NCBI GenBank assembly: GCA_963170125.1
Contig: CAUJFI010000179.1
Location: 313-64,312, forward strand
DNA: 64,000 bases
Source of the DNA: Deinococcota bacterium
Lineage (GTDB): Bacteria; Deinococcota; Deinococci; Deinococcales; Trueperaceae
Reading direction: 5' to 3'
The position numbers and the translations under genes are program-made. The notes beneath the pieces are model-generated. The model ran no database searches. It worked only from the letters and a program-made list of their open reading frames with translations, and was not told the origin of the DNA. How positions within the stretch are numbered: position 1 is the first letter of the stretch; every line of letters begins with the position of its first letter. Positions 9,060 to 19,798 of this stretch are shown here, piece after piece.

Positions 9060-10199
9060 ATGAGGCGGATAGCCGTAACGCTCGCGTTCGCGCTGACACT
9101 GGGCGGGCTCGCACTGGCCCAGGGAACTATCAAGATCGGGGTGTTCCTCGAACTATCAGGCCGCATGGCCGTAACGGGCAACGACACGCTCTACGGCGTG
9201 CGCGTCGCCAACGAACAGCAGCCGACCGTCAACGGCGCGACCGTCGAGCTCTCGGTCTGCGATAACGCCTCCACGCCGGAAGGCTCGGTGGTGTGCGCCA
9301 ACCGGTTCGTGGACGAGGGCGTCGTCGCCGTCATCGGGTCGTACTCCTCCAGCCACTCCATCCCGGCGGCCGGCGTGTTGCAGCCCGCGGGTGTCGTCAT
9401 GGTCTCGACAGGCTCGACCAACCCGGCCACCACGCAGGTCGGCGACTACATCTTCCGCATCCCGTACACCGACCAGTTCCAGGGTGCCGTGGCGGCGCAG
9501 TACGCGCACAACGACGCCGGTGCCTCGAGCGTCGCCATCTTCCGCCAGCAGGACGACGACTACTCCGTCGGCCTCTCCGGCTTCTTCAAGGACGCCTTCG
9601 AGGCCCTAGGCGGCAGGACCACCGTCCTCGATTTCACGGCGAACACGGTCGACTTCTCCGCGCAGATCAACAACCTGCGCTCCTTCAACCCAGACTTCAT
9701 CTACTACACGGGCTTCTGCGCGGAAGCCGCCTCGCTCGTCCCGCAGCTCCGCCAGCAGGGCTTCACCCAGTCCATCCTCGGCGGCGACGCCTCCGACGAC
9801 ACGCAGTGCCCCGATGGCGGCGGCGCGGCGTTCGACGGCTTCACCTTCACGTCCTTCGGCGAGCCGGAAGTCCTCACCGGAGCGGCCGCCGAGCGCGCGG
9901 CCGAGTTCCGCACGGCGTTCGAGAAGAGCTACACGCTCGATCACTTCACGGGCTTCACCCTCTCGGGCGCTGACGCCTACAAGGTGCTCGTCCAGGCCAT
10001 CACCGACGCCGGCAGCACCGATCACGCCGCCATCCGCGACGCGCTGGCGAACCTCCAGGACTTCCCCGGCGTCTCCGGCGACATCACGTACGTTGGCACC
10101 GACGGCACGCCGGCCAACCGCGTCATGGGGCTCTACGCTTACCAGTTCTCCGGCAACTCCTGGACCAAGGCCGTCCTGAAAGGCATCTCGCTCGAGTAA
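9060..10199 (+). CDS. ABC transporter periplasmic amino-acid-binding protein (LivJ/K family)
   Basis: Part of ORF 8991..10199. The start is preferred at the ATG at 9060 (MRRIAVTLAFALTLGGLALAQ signal peptide) after GAGAGAGGA. Contains the IKIGVFLELSGRMAVTG motif. Confidence 0.85.
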   Translation: MRRIAVTLAFALTLGGLALAQGTIKIGVFLELSGRMAVTGNDTLYGVRVANEQQPTVNGATVELSVCDNASTPEGSVVCANRFVDEGVVAVIGSYSSSHSIPAAGVLQPAGVVMVSTGSTNPATTQVGDYIFRIPYTDQFQGAVAAQYAHNDAGASSVAIFRQQDDDYSVGLSGFFKDAFEALGGRTTVLDFTANTVDFSAQINNLRSFNPDFIYYTGFCAEAASLVPQLRQQGFTQSILGGDASDDTQCPDGGGAAFDGFTFTSFGEPEVLTGAAAERAAEFRTAFEKSYTLDHFTGFTLSGADAYKVLVQAITDAGSTDHAAIRDALANLQDFPGVSGDITYVGTDGTPANRVMGLYAYQFSGNSWTKAVLKGISLE

Positions 10200-10216
10200 G
10201 CGCTGCGCTTACGCAC

Positions 10217-10262
10217 GTGGCCGGTTCGGTGGGGGATCAAGCGGCCCCACCGAACCGGCCAC
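10217..10262 (+). terminator. Perfect 18-bp GC-rich stem-loop between the binding-protein and permease genes (intra-operon attenuator or mRNA stabiliser)
   Basis: GTGGCCGGTTCGGTGGGG (10217-10234) is the exact reverse complement of CCCCACCGAACCGGCCAC (10245-10262), with a 10-nt loop. There is no U-tract. Confidence 0.55.
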
Positions 10263-10295
10263 GAGAGCGATCTCTCGCGAGGACGGAGAGCAGGT

Positions 10296-11498
10296 TTGGC
10301 CGCAAGCGCAGTAGTACCCAGACGCCGCCCGTGGGCCCTTTGGCTCGTCGTCCTCGGCGGCCTCGGGTTGATCACGTGGCGCATGCTCTATCTTCATGGG
10401 GTCAATGAGGCCTTCAACGCGGCCTTCTTCGCTGGGGCCGTCGTCCGTTCCCTGCAGCTCGGCAGCCTCTACGCGCTGATCGCCCTGGGCTACACCATGG
10501 TCTACGGCATCATCCGACTGATCAACTTCGCCCACGGCGAGGTCTTCATGGTCGGGGCGTTCGCCGCCTATTTCTTGTTCAGCCGCACACCGTTCTCCTG
10601 GCCGGTCGCGCTCCTCGTGGCGGCCGCCATCGCGTTCGGAGTCTTGCAGTTCCTCAACTTCTGGCGCGGTAGGGCCCGCGATCCCATCGTGCTGGCAGGC
10701 GCGCTAGTGGTGTTCGCCGTGGTGGCGTTCGCGTTGGCCTCCACGCAGCTCGGCTGGTTCTGGGCCATGGTCGCCTCCATGTTCGTCACCGGCGTGCTCG
10801 GCATGACCATCGACCGCGTGGCGTACCGGCCCTTGCGTGGCGCCCCGCGCAACTCCATGCTCATCACGGCCATCGCGGTCTCGTTCTTCCTCCAGAACTT
10901 CGGCATCCTGGCGTTCTCCAACCGGCAGACGCCGTTCAGGCCCGCCTCGTTCTTCACGGGTCCACTGCAGTTCCAGGTGTTCGGCGAGCCCCTCTTCACG
11001 TCGTGGATGATCGTGCTCGTCCCTAGCGTGACAGCCGTGCTCGTGGTGGCGCTCACCCTCTTCGTAACGCGCACGCGACTCGGAAAGGCCATGCGCGCCA
11101 CCGCGCAGGACGCCGAGACCGCCCGCATGATGGGCGTCAACGTCGACCGCGTGATCGCCACGACCTTCCTCCTCGGCTCCATGCTCGCGGCCGCCGCGGG
11201 CGTGCTCTGGGGCATGACGTTCGGGAGCATCAACCAGCCCGCCATCTTCGGCATCCTGCCGGGGATCAAGGCGTTCGCGGCCGCCGTCATCGGCGGCATC
11301 GGTAGCCTGCCCGGCGCGGTCGTTGGCGGGGTGCTGCTGGGGTTCCTCGAGAACTTCCTGACGGCGCTTTTCCCGCGCACCGAGTACTTCTCCGGCATCA
11401 CTGAGTACAAGGACACGTTCGCGTTCCTCGCCATGATCGTCATCCTCCTCGTCCGGCCTAGCGGCATCGTGGGCGAGGACCTGTCGGAGAAGGTATGA
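10296..11498 (+). CDS. livH: Branched-chain amino-acid ABC transporter permease (LivH type) with N-terminal extension
   Basis: 400-aa ORF with LINFAHGEVFMVGAF and IGGIGSLPGAVVGG motifs. TTG start at 10296 after GGAGAG. An alternative ATG at 10383 would remove an extra N-terminal hydrophobic segment. Confidence 0.8.
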   Translation: MAASAVVPRRRPWALWLVVLGGLGLITWRMLYLHGVNEAFNAAFFAGAVVRSLQLGSLYALIALGYTMVYGIIRLINFAHGEVFMVGAFAAYFLFSRTPFSWPVALLVAAAIAFGVLQFLNFWRGRARDPIVLAGALVVFAVVAFALASTQLGWFWAMVASMFVTGVLGMTIDRVAYRPLRGAPRNSMLITAIAVSFFLQNFGILAFSNRQTPFRPASFFTGPLQFQVFGEPLFTSWMIVLVPSVTAVLVVALTLFVTRTRLGKAMRATAQDAETARMMGVNVDRVIATTFLLGSMLAAAAGVLWGMTFGSINQPAIFGILPGIKAFAAAVIGGIGSLPGAVVGGVLLGFLENFLTALFPRTEYFSGITEYKDTFAFLAMIVILLVRPSGIVGEDLSEKV

Positions 11499-12937
11499 GC
11501 GCCAGGCCCGGCGACGCGGGTGGGAACGGCGCGGGCGCCCGCGGCTACCGGCCACACTACCTGGCGCACCGGGTGCGCAACTCGCTCCTGACGCTGGGGG
11601 GGCTGGCCGTCCTGCTCGTCGTGCTACTCCTGGTGGACGGCGGCGCCAGTGTGAAGCTCAAGCAGGTCTTCGCGCTGTTCGCCATCTGGGGCATCGCCAC
11701 GGTGAGCCTCAACCTCGTCAACGGCGTCACGGGCATCCTGTCCCTCGGCCACCACGGCTTCATGCTCATCGGCGGTTACGTCACGGGCCTGCTGGTCCTC
11801 CCGACCGCCACCCGCGACAACCTCGCGCGCAGCGCGCGCAGCGAGCTCTCGGACTTCGCGATGGGTCTGTCCGTCGAGAACTGGTTCCGTGCCCTCGGGC
11901 TCGACTCGCTCACCACCCCCGAGACGCTCTGGGCGCGCTTCCTCGTGGCCGTCCTCATCGGCGGCCTCATGGCCGCGCTGTTCGGGGTCGTCGTCGGGTT
12001 CCCGTCGCTGCGTCTGCGGGGCGACTACCTGGCCATCGTCACGTTCGCGTTCGGCGAGGCCATCAGGCTCCTCGCCTCGACGCCCCTGATGTCGTCGTTC
12101 ACGAACGGCGCGCTCGGCTTCGCGGGCGTGCCTTCCGACATCGGCAAGAGCGTCTGGTGGACGTTCGGCTTCCTGGCCGTCACCGTCTTCGTCATGGCGC
12201 GCCTCAAGTACTCGTCTTACGGGCGCGCGCTCCAGGGCATCAGGGAGGACGAGATCGCGAGCGAGGCCATGGGCGTCAACACCGCGTACCACAAGGTGCT
12301 TGCCTTCGCCATCTCGGCGTTCTTCGCCGGCGTGGCTGGTGGCCTGTGGGTCAGCTGGGTCGGCACGGCGCGCCTCGACCTCTTCCTCTTCTTCCTGACC
12401 TTCTACTTCCTCGTCGCCATCAGCGTCGGTGGGACGGGCTCGATCACGGGCGTGCTCCTGGGCACGGCGCTCGTCGTATGGGTGAGGCAGTACGGCGATC
12501 CGCTCGAGCAGACGTACGCGCTCTCCACCTGGGCCGTGGCCGCCGGGCTCGTGCTGCTCGCGGTCGCGGCCCTGGCGTTCTTCCTCCGACGGGTCAGGCG
12601 GATCAAGCCGGACCTCGGGCCCGTCGTCTACGTGCCGGGCGCCTTGGGGCTAGTCGCGGCGCTCGTCGGCCTCCTGGGCCAGGGCATGCCTGCCCTACAG
12701 GCGACGTGGCAGGGCTTCGGCATGCGAGCCATCACACTCGCGCTGCTCCTCATCACGATCATGATCTTGCGCCCGGTAGGGATCATGGGCAGGCGTGAGT
12801 TCACGTGGGCGTGGCTGTTCAGGGAGCGGCTGGACGAGCCCACCGAGGAGGAGCGCGCGCAGGACGCCTGGTTGTCCAACCCGGCCTTGAGCGGTCGTGC
12901 CGGCGCCGAGCGCGAGGACGACGAGGTGGACGCGTGA
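11495..12937 (+). CDS. livM: Branched-chain amino-acid ABC transporter permease (LivM type), long form
   Basis: 480-aa ORF with GILSLGHHGFMLIGGY and LRLRGDYLAIVTFAFGE motifs. Overlaps livH by 4 nt. Confidence 0.85.
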   Translation: MSARPGDAGGNGAGARGYRPHYLAHRVRNSLLTLGGLAVLLVVLLLVDGGASVKLKQVFALFAIWGIATVSLNLVNGVTGILSLGHHGFMLIGGYVTGLLVLPTATRDNLARSARSELSDFAMGLSVENWFRALGLDSLTTPETLWARFLVAVLIGGLMAALFGVVVGFPSLRLRGDYLAIVTFAFGEAIRLLASTPLMSSFTNGALGFAGVPSDIGKSVWWTFGFLAVTVFVMARLKYSSYGRALQGIREDEIASEAMGVNTAYHKVLAFAISAFFAGVAGGLWVSWVGTARLDLFLFFLTFYFLVAISVGGTGSITGVLLGTALVVWVRQYGDPLEQTYALSTWAVAAGLVLLAVAALAFFLRRVRRIKPDLGPVVYVPGALGLVAALVGLLGQGMPALQATWQGFGMRAITLALLLITIMILRPVGIMGRREFTWAWLFRERLDEPTEEERAQDAWLSNPALSGRAGAEREDDEVDA

Positions 12938-13809
12938 GCATGCTCAGGCTGGCCGGCGTCAACAAGTCGTTCGGTGGCCTCCAGGCCATAACGGACCTGT
13001 CGTTCGAGCTCGCCGAGGGCGAGATCGTCAGCGTCATCGGGCCGAACGGGGCTGGGAAGACGACCGTCTTCAACCTCATCACCGGCGTGTACACGCCGGA
13101 CTCTGGCGACATCCTCTTCGAGGGTGGGAGCCTGAAGGGTTTGCGCCCGAACGCGATCGTGGACCGCGGCGTCGCGCGGACGTTCCAGAACCTGCGGCTC
13201 TTCACCAACCTGACCGTGCTCGAGAACGTGCTCATCCCCCAACACCACAAGCTGCGCTCGACCTGGGTCTCTTCCGTGTTCAGGACCTCCGGTTACCTGG
13301 CGCAGGAGCGGCGGATGCACGAGGTGGCGTTGGAGAAGCTCTCCTTCTTCGGCCCGCGCTTGATGGGCTTCCGGCTGCACCAGAGCGTCGAGGTCCTCTC
13401 TTACGCCAACCGTCGCCGCACGGAGATGGCGCGTGCGATGGCGACGGGCGCCAAGCTCCTCCTCCTGGACGAGCCGAGCGCCGGCATGAACCCTAAGGAG
13501 ACGCGCGAGATCACGGAGATCATCCGGCGCATGCGCGACGAGGGTGGTTACACGATCCTCCTGGTGGAGCACAAGATGAACCTGGTCAAGGACATCAGCG
13601 ACCGCGTGATCGTCCTTGATTACGGCCGCAAGCTGGCGGAAGGGGCCTACGCCGACGTCGTCAACGACCCGGCCGTCATCGAGGCGTACCTCGGCAAGCG
13701 CTCCGACAAGACGAGCGCGGTGGCTCGGGCGCGAGCAGCCGATGGGTTGGTCGCCGGCTCGTCGGTCGACGTGCCGGGCTCCGCTGCCGGTGGCGAGGAG
13801 CGATCGTGA
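12934..13809 (+). CDS. livG: Branched-chain amino-acid ABC transporter ATP-binding protein (LivG type)
   Basis: Within ORF 12805..13809. The GTG at 12934 overlaps the livM TGA (GTGA); an ATG at 12940 is the alternative start. Contains GPNGAGKTTVFN and LLLLDEPSAGMNP. Confidence 0.85.
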   Translation: MSMLRLAGVNKSFGGLQAITDLSFELAEGEIVSVIGPNGAGKTTVFNLITGVYTPDSGDILFEGGSLKGLRPNAIVDRGVARTFQNLRLFTNLTVLENVLIPQHHKLRSTWVSSVFRTSGYLAQERRMHEVALEKLSFFGPRLMGFRLHQSVEVLSYANRRRTEMARAMATGAKLLLLDEPSAGMNPKETREITEIIRRMRDEGGYTILLVEHKMNLVKDISDRVIVLDYGRKLAEGAYADVVNDPAVIEAYLGKRSDKTSAVARARAADGLVAGSSVDVPGSAAGGEERS

Positions 13810-14597
13810 CGGGCGCCGGACGCGGAGCCGCGGCGTCGGGCGAGCATGCGCCGAGCGCGTCGCCTTCGGACGCCGCTCGGCGCGAGCCGCTCCTCGAGCT
13901 GAAGGGCGTCACGACGCATTACGGGCCCATCAGGGTGCTGCGCGACGTGAACATGGTCATCTACCCGGGCGAGATGGTGTGCCTCCTGGGCGGGAACGCG
14001 TCCGGCAAGAGCACGACGCTCAAGACCGTCCTCGGGATCGTCGGCGTCAGCCAGGGCGAGCTCTGGTTCCGGGGCGAGCGGGCCGACGGCCTGCCGACCT
14101 CGGAGCGCATCGCCCGCGGGATGGCCGTCGTGCCGGAGAACCGGCGCATCTTCCCCAAGATGACCGTGCGCGAGAACCTCGAGATGGGCGCTTACCTGCG
14201 CAAGCCCGGTGCCGAGTTCGACGAGGACCTGGCCTACGTCCTGGAGCTCTTCCCGCGCCTCGGCGAGCGCCTCGGCCAGCTGGGCGGCACCATGTCCGGC
14301 GGCGAGCAGCAGATGCTGGCCATGGGCCGCGCGCTCATGAGCCGTCCGAAGCTCATCCTGATGGACGAGCCGAGCATGGGCCTGGCGCCGCTCTTCGTCG
14401 AGCGGATCTTCGAGATCATCAAGCAAGTCAACTCGCGCGGCATCTCCGTGTTCGTGGTCGAGCAGAACGCCAACGTCGCGCTCGCCATCGCCGACCGCGG
14501 CTACGTGCTGCAGACGGGCGAGGTCGTGCTCTCGGGACCGGCGGGCGAGCTGCTCGCTAACGAGGGGATGAAGCGGGCGTACCTCGGGGAGACTTGA
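13806..14597 (+). CDS. livF: Branched-chain amino-acid ABC transporter ATP-binding protein (LivF type)
   Basis: 263-aa ORF with GGNASGKSTTLK, MSGGEQQMLAMGRAL and LILMDEPSMGLAP. Confidence 0.85.
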   Translation: MTGAGRGAAASGEHAPSASPSDAARREPLLELKGVTTHYGPIRVLRDVNMVIYPGEMVCLLGGNASGKSTTLKTVLGIVGVSQGELWFRGERADGLPTSERIARGMAVVPENRRIFPKMTVRENLEMGAYLRKPGAEFDEDLAYVLELFPRLGERLGQLGGTMSGGEQQMLAMGRALMSRPKLILMDEPSMGLAPLFVERIFEIIKQVNSRGISVFVVEQNANVALAIADRGYVLQTGEVVLSGPAGELLANEGMKRAYLGET

Positions 14598-14732
14598 CGT
14601 TCCGCAGAGGCGCGCCACCAGAGGCGGGGCGCTAAGCGCAGGACCCCCAAGCGCAGGACCCCAGGGGTTCTCACAGACCGCTTGGGGTCGAACCAAGGTT
14701 GAGCGTTAACCTTGGCTGACCGAGCCTGGTAA

Positions 14733-16349
<1,617 letters not shown>

Positions 16350-16376
16350 GGGCGACGCGGCTGGTCAGGCTCGGCC

Positions 16377-16419
16377 GGCGGGGCGGTGCGAAGAGCGACA
16401 GGCGTCGCGCCGCCCCGCC
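16377..16419. terminator. GC-rich hairpin between convergent gdhA and the aldo/keto reductase gene (candidate bidirectional terminator)
   Basis: 16377-16391 pairs with 16405-16419 (15 bp including one G-U), with a 13-nt loop. It lies between the stop codons at 16349 and 16435. Confidence 0.45.
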
Positions 16420-16434
16420 GTCAGGGAGTGCGCG

Positions 16435-17382
16435 TCAGGGCGTGAAGCCGTGGCCGCTCAGCCGCGCGTCGACGGCCTCACGCTCGGTGCCGGAGAGCCG
16501 CCACGCCGCCGTCCGGGCGTTGCGCGCGACCTGGGCGGCGCTAGTGGCGCCAGCGATCACGCTCGCGACGTTCTGGTCGGCCAGCAGCCAAGCGAACGCC
16601 AGGTCGACGAGCTCCTTGCCGCGCTCGGCTGAGAACGCGACCAGCTCCTCGATCAGCTCGAACAGGTCAGGCGTGAGATGCTGCTCCCAACGCTGCGTAC
16701 CGGTGACGCGCGTGCCCTGGGGCATCGGCTGGCCCTTGCGGTACTTGCCCGTCAGGATGCCGCTGAAGAGCGGGAAGAACGGTAGGAAAGCGACGCCGAG
16801 ACGCGCGCAGGCAGGCAGGACCTCCGCCTCCGGCTCGCGGTGCAGCATGGAGTACTCGTTCTGAACGCTGGCGAACCGCGGCCAGCCGTGCTGCGCCGCG
16901 ACACCTTCGGCCTCAGCGAGCTGGGCGGCCGTGAAGTTGGAGCACCCGATCTCGCGCACCAGCCCGTCCGCCACGGCCTCGGCGAGGGCGCCGAGCGTGT
17001 CGGCGATGGGCACGTCCGGGGCCGGGCGGTGCAGCTGGTAGAGGTCGACGCGGTCGGTGCGTAGCCGCCTCAGGCTCGCCTCGAGTGCCGTGCGCACGTA
17101 CTCCGGGCGCGCTCCGCCGACGATACCCGTGCCCTCCTTGGCAACCATGCCGAACTTGGTGGCCAGCACGAACTCGTCGCGCCTGCCCCGCAGCGCGCCA
17201 CCGAGGAAGGTCTCGCTGAGGCCGTCCCCGTAGACGTCGGCCGTGTCGAGGAAGGTGACGCCGGCGCCGAGCGCGCCGTCGATGACGCTCTTGGTGGCGG
17301 CCTCGTCCAGCCGGCGCCCGAAGTTGTTGCAGCCGAGCCCTACCACGGAGACGTCGAGCGAGCCGATCTTGCGCGTGTTCAT
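16435..17382 (-). CDS. Aldo/keto reductase family oxidoreductase
   Basis: 315-aa ORF with GLGCNNFG, FLDTADVYG and VDLYQLHRP motifs. Confidence 0.85.
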   Translation of the reverse strand: MNTRKIGSLDVSVVGLGCNNFGRRLDEAATKSVIDGALGAGVTFLDTADVYGDGLSETFLGGALRGRRDEFVLATKFGMVAKEGTGIVGGARPEYVRTALEASLRRLRTDRVDLYQLHRPAPDVPIADTLGALAEAVADGLVREIGCSNFTAAQLAEAEGVAAQHGWPRFASVQNEYSMLHREPEAEVLPACARLGVAFLPFFPLFSGILTGKYRKGQPMPQGTRVTGTQRWEQHLTPDLFELIEELVAFSAERGKELVDLAFAWLLADQNVASVIAGATSAAQVARNARTAAWRLSGTEREAVDARLSGHGFTP

Positions 17383-17405
17383 GGTGGCGAGTGTTGCATA
17401 CCGGC

Positions 17406-18890
17406 TTAGCGCAACGCGGCAGGCAGCAGCTCGGACGGGAAGTTCTGATACGCCACGAGGCGCGTGAAGCGGTCGATGGCATGCGTGCCGACCGAGGTGC
17501 TGCGCCCGTCCGACGTGGCCGGGTACGGTCCGCCGTGCACCATGGCCGGCCCCACCTCGACGCCTGTCGGGTACTGGTTGAGGATGAGGCGGCCCGCGCG
17601 CTCCGCGAGGACGTCGATGAGCGGCGCCAACCCTTCGAGCTCGTCCGCCTCGGCCTGCACCGTGGCCGTCAACTGGCCCTCCAGGCCTTCGGCGAACTCG
17701 AGGAGTTCACGCATGTCGCGGTAACGAAGTACGAGCGTGCTGGGCCCGAAGACCTCGGCGAGCAGACCCGGTTCGGTGGTCGCGGCGCGTATGTCGGCCT
17801 CCCAGAGGGTCGGGGTGCCGTGGGCGCCCTGCGCGTCCGCTCCGCCCAGGTCGGCGCCCCGTGCCACCGGTCGTCCTCCGGCCGCCGCCAACTCAACGAG
17901 GCCCTGGCCGTAGCGATCGCATACGGCGCGGTTCAGCATCACGCCGGCGCCGGCTGCGTTCGTCGCCTCGGCTAGGCGCGCAACGAAGCGGTCGCCTGCC
18001 TGCCCGACGGGTACCAGGGTGACACCGGGGTTCGTGCAGAACTGCCCGACTCCCAAGGTGAACGACGCGAACAGCCCCTGGGCGACGGTCTCGCTCCTGG
18101 CCGCGAGGGCTCCCGGCAGCACGAAGACGGGGTTCACGCTGCCCATCTCCGCGTAGACGGGGATCGGCGTTGGCCGAGCCGCGGCCAGACGCATGAGCGC
18201 CTCGCCGCCGGCGCGGGAGCCGGTGAAGCCGACGGCCTTGATCTCGGGCCGCAGCACGAGCGCCTGCCCCAGCTCGTGGCCGGGCTCCTGAACCAGGCCG
18301 AAGACGCCGGCCGGCATGCCGGTGGCACGAGCGGCGGCCAGCACGACGTCGGCGACGAGGCGCGACGTGCCCGGGTGCGACGGGTGCGCCTTCGCTATGA
18401 CGGGACAGCCCGCCGCGAGGGCCGAGGCCGTGTCGCCGCCCGCGACCGAGAACGCGAGGGGGAAGTTGCTGGCCCCGAACACAGCGACCGGACCGAGAGG
18501 GCGCTTGAAGGAGCGCACGTCTGGCTTGGGGGCGGGGACCCGCTCCGGGTCGCCCGCGTCTATCCGCGGGTCGAGCCAGGCGTCCGTCTCGATGAGCCGC
18601 GCGAACATGCGCAACTGGTTCGAGGTGCGGACGACCTCGCCGCCGATGCGGCCTTCCGGTAGGCCAGACTCCCCCACGGCCCGGGCCGTGATGGGGGCCG
18701 CGGCCGCTTCGAGGCCGTCGGCGACCGCGCGCAGGAAGCGAGCGCGCTCGGCGCCGGGCAGCCGCGAGTACGGACCGAACGCCGCGCGCGCGGCCGTGGC
18801 CAACCGCTCCAGCTCGGACGCCGTGGTCGTCTCGAACTCGCCGGGCAGCGCCTGGTACGTGCGGGGGTCGAGCGCGACGAAGGCGCTCAC
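17406..18890 (-). CDS. NAD(P)+ aldehyde dehydrogenase; context suggests alpha-ketoglutarate semialdehyde dehydrogenase
   Basis: 494-aa ORF with FTGSRAGG, EMGSVNP and the GQFCTNPG catalytic-Cys motif. Overlaps the DHDPS-family gene by 4 nt. Confidence 0.8.
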   Translation of the reverse strand: MSAFVALDPRTYQALPGEFETTTASELERLATAARAAFGPYSRLPGAERARFLRAVADGLEAAAAPITARAVGESGLPEGRIGGEVVRTSNQLRMFARLIETDAWLDPRIDAGDPERVPAPKPDVRSFKRPLGPVAVFGASNFPLAFSVAGGDTASALAAGCPVIAKAHPSHPGTSRLVADVVLAAARATGMPAGVFGLVQEPGHELGQALVLRPEIKAVGFTGSRAGGEALMRLAAARPTPIPVYAEMGSVNPVFVLPGALAARSETVAQGLFASFTLGVGQFCTNPGVTLVPVGQAGDRFVARLAEATNAAGAGVMLNRAVCDRYGQGLVELAAAGGRPVARGADLGGADAQGAHGTPTLWEADIRAATTEPGLLAEVFGPSTLVLRYRDMRELLEFAEGLEGQLTATVQAEADELEGLAPLIDVLAERAGRLILNQYPTGVEVGPAMVHGGPYPATSDGRSTSVGTHAIDRFTRLVAYQNFPSELLPAALR

Positions 18891-19798
18891 GACCTCGCCC
18901 CGAGCTGGGGCCGAGTGGCGAAGCCCTCCTCGATCACACGCATGACGGCGACGAGCTCGTCACCCTCGAGCTGGCAGCGTGGGCCGCGAACGCGCGAGCT
19001 GCCCCAACCCGCGTACTCGACGGCCAGCTTGATCATCTGGACGAACTTCGTGCCGATGTCGAGGCGCAGCAGCGGCAGGAACCAGGCGTAGAGCTCGAAC
19101 GCCTCGGCGTGGCGACCGGCGCGCGCGAGCTCGAAGAGGCGCACGGACTCGGCGGGCATGGCGTTGACCAGGCCGGCGATCCAGCCGACCGCTCCGACGG
19201 AGACGGATTCGAGCGCGAGGTCGTCGACCCCGATCAGGATCTTGAAGCTCTCCGGCATGAGCGTGCGCAGCCAGGTGACGCGTCTGAGGTCGGCGCTCGA
19301 TTCCTTTATGGCTTGCACGTGGGGGAACTCCGCGGCGAGCTCCGCGACCTGCGGGGGTAGGAAGTCCGTCTTGTACGCCAACGGGTTGTTGTAGAGCATG
19401 CACGGGAGGTCGGTCACGCCGAGCACTGCGCGGACGTGAGCGCTCATCTCGCGCCAGTCGCTCGAGTACACGTACGGGGGGAGGATCATGAAGCCGCTCG
19501 CTCCGGCCGCCTGTGCGTCGCGCGTGAAGCGGGCCGCCTCGGCCGTGCTGAGCGAGGAGACCATGGGTATGACGGGCGCGCGGCCGTCGAGTGCGCTCAC
19601 CAGCCCCTCTATCGTCGCGAGCTTCTCCGCGTGGGTGAGCGTGGCCCCCTCGCCCAGGGACCCGAAGGGCACGATGCCGACGCAGCCGGCGTCGACCATC
19701 CACCCGGCGTGCTCCGCCTGCAGGGCGTGGTCGATGCTCAGGTCCTCGTTGAACGGTGTGGTGATGGCGGGGATGACGCCTTCCCAATCAACTCGCAT
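18887..19798 (-). CDS. DHDPS/NAL-family lyase; context suggests delta1-pyrroline-4-hydroxy-2-carboxylate deaminase
   Basis: 303-aa ORF with the class-I aldolase fold signature and a Schiff-base Lys candidate in VQAIKESS. Operonic with the ALDH gene. Confidence 0.75.
   Translation of the reverse strand: MRVDWEGVIPAITTPFNEDLSIDHALQAEHAGWMVDAGCVGIVPFGSLGEGATLTHAEKLATIEGLVSALDGRAPVIPMVSSLSTAEAARFTRDAQAAGASGFMILPPYVYSSDWREMSAHVRAVLGVTDLPCMLYNNPLAYKTDFLPPQVAELAAEFPHVQAIKESSADLRRVTWLRTLMPESFKILIGVDDLALESVSVGAVGWIAGLVNAMPAESVRLFELARAGRHAEAFELYAWFLPLLRLDIGTKFVQMIKLAVEYAGWGSSRVRGPRCQLEGDELVAVMRVIEEGFATRPQLGARS

Noticed and set aside
8896-9114. 72-aa minus-strand ORF in the divergent promoter region upstream of the second Liv operon.
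   Set aside because: It overlaps the near-consensus promoter and the signal-peptide coding part of the binding protein. It has no Shine-Dalgarno sequence and no similarity to anything I recognise.
14681-14697. tRNA-like T-arm (CTTGG-GGTCGAA-CCAAG).
   Set aside because: There is no matching acceptor stem, D-arm or anticodon arm in the flanks, and the loop is not the TTCGAAT/TTCAAAT consensus. It is treated as part of an intergenic structured element instead.
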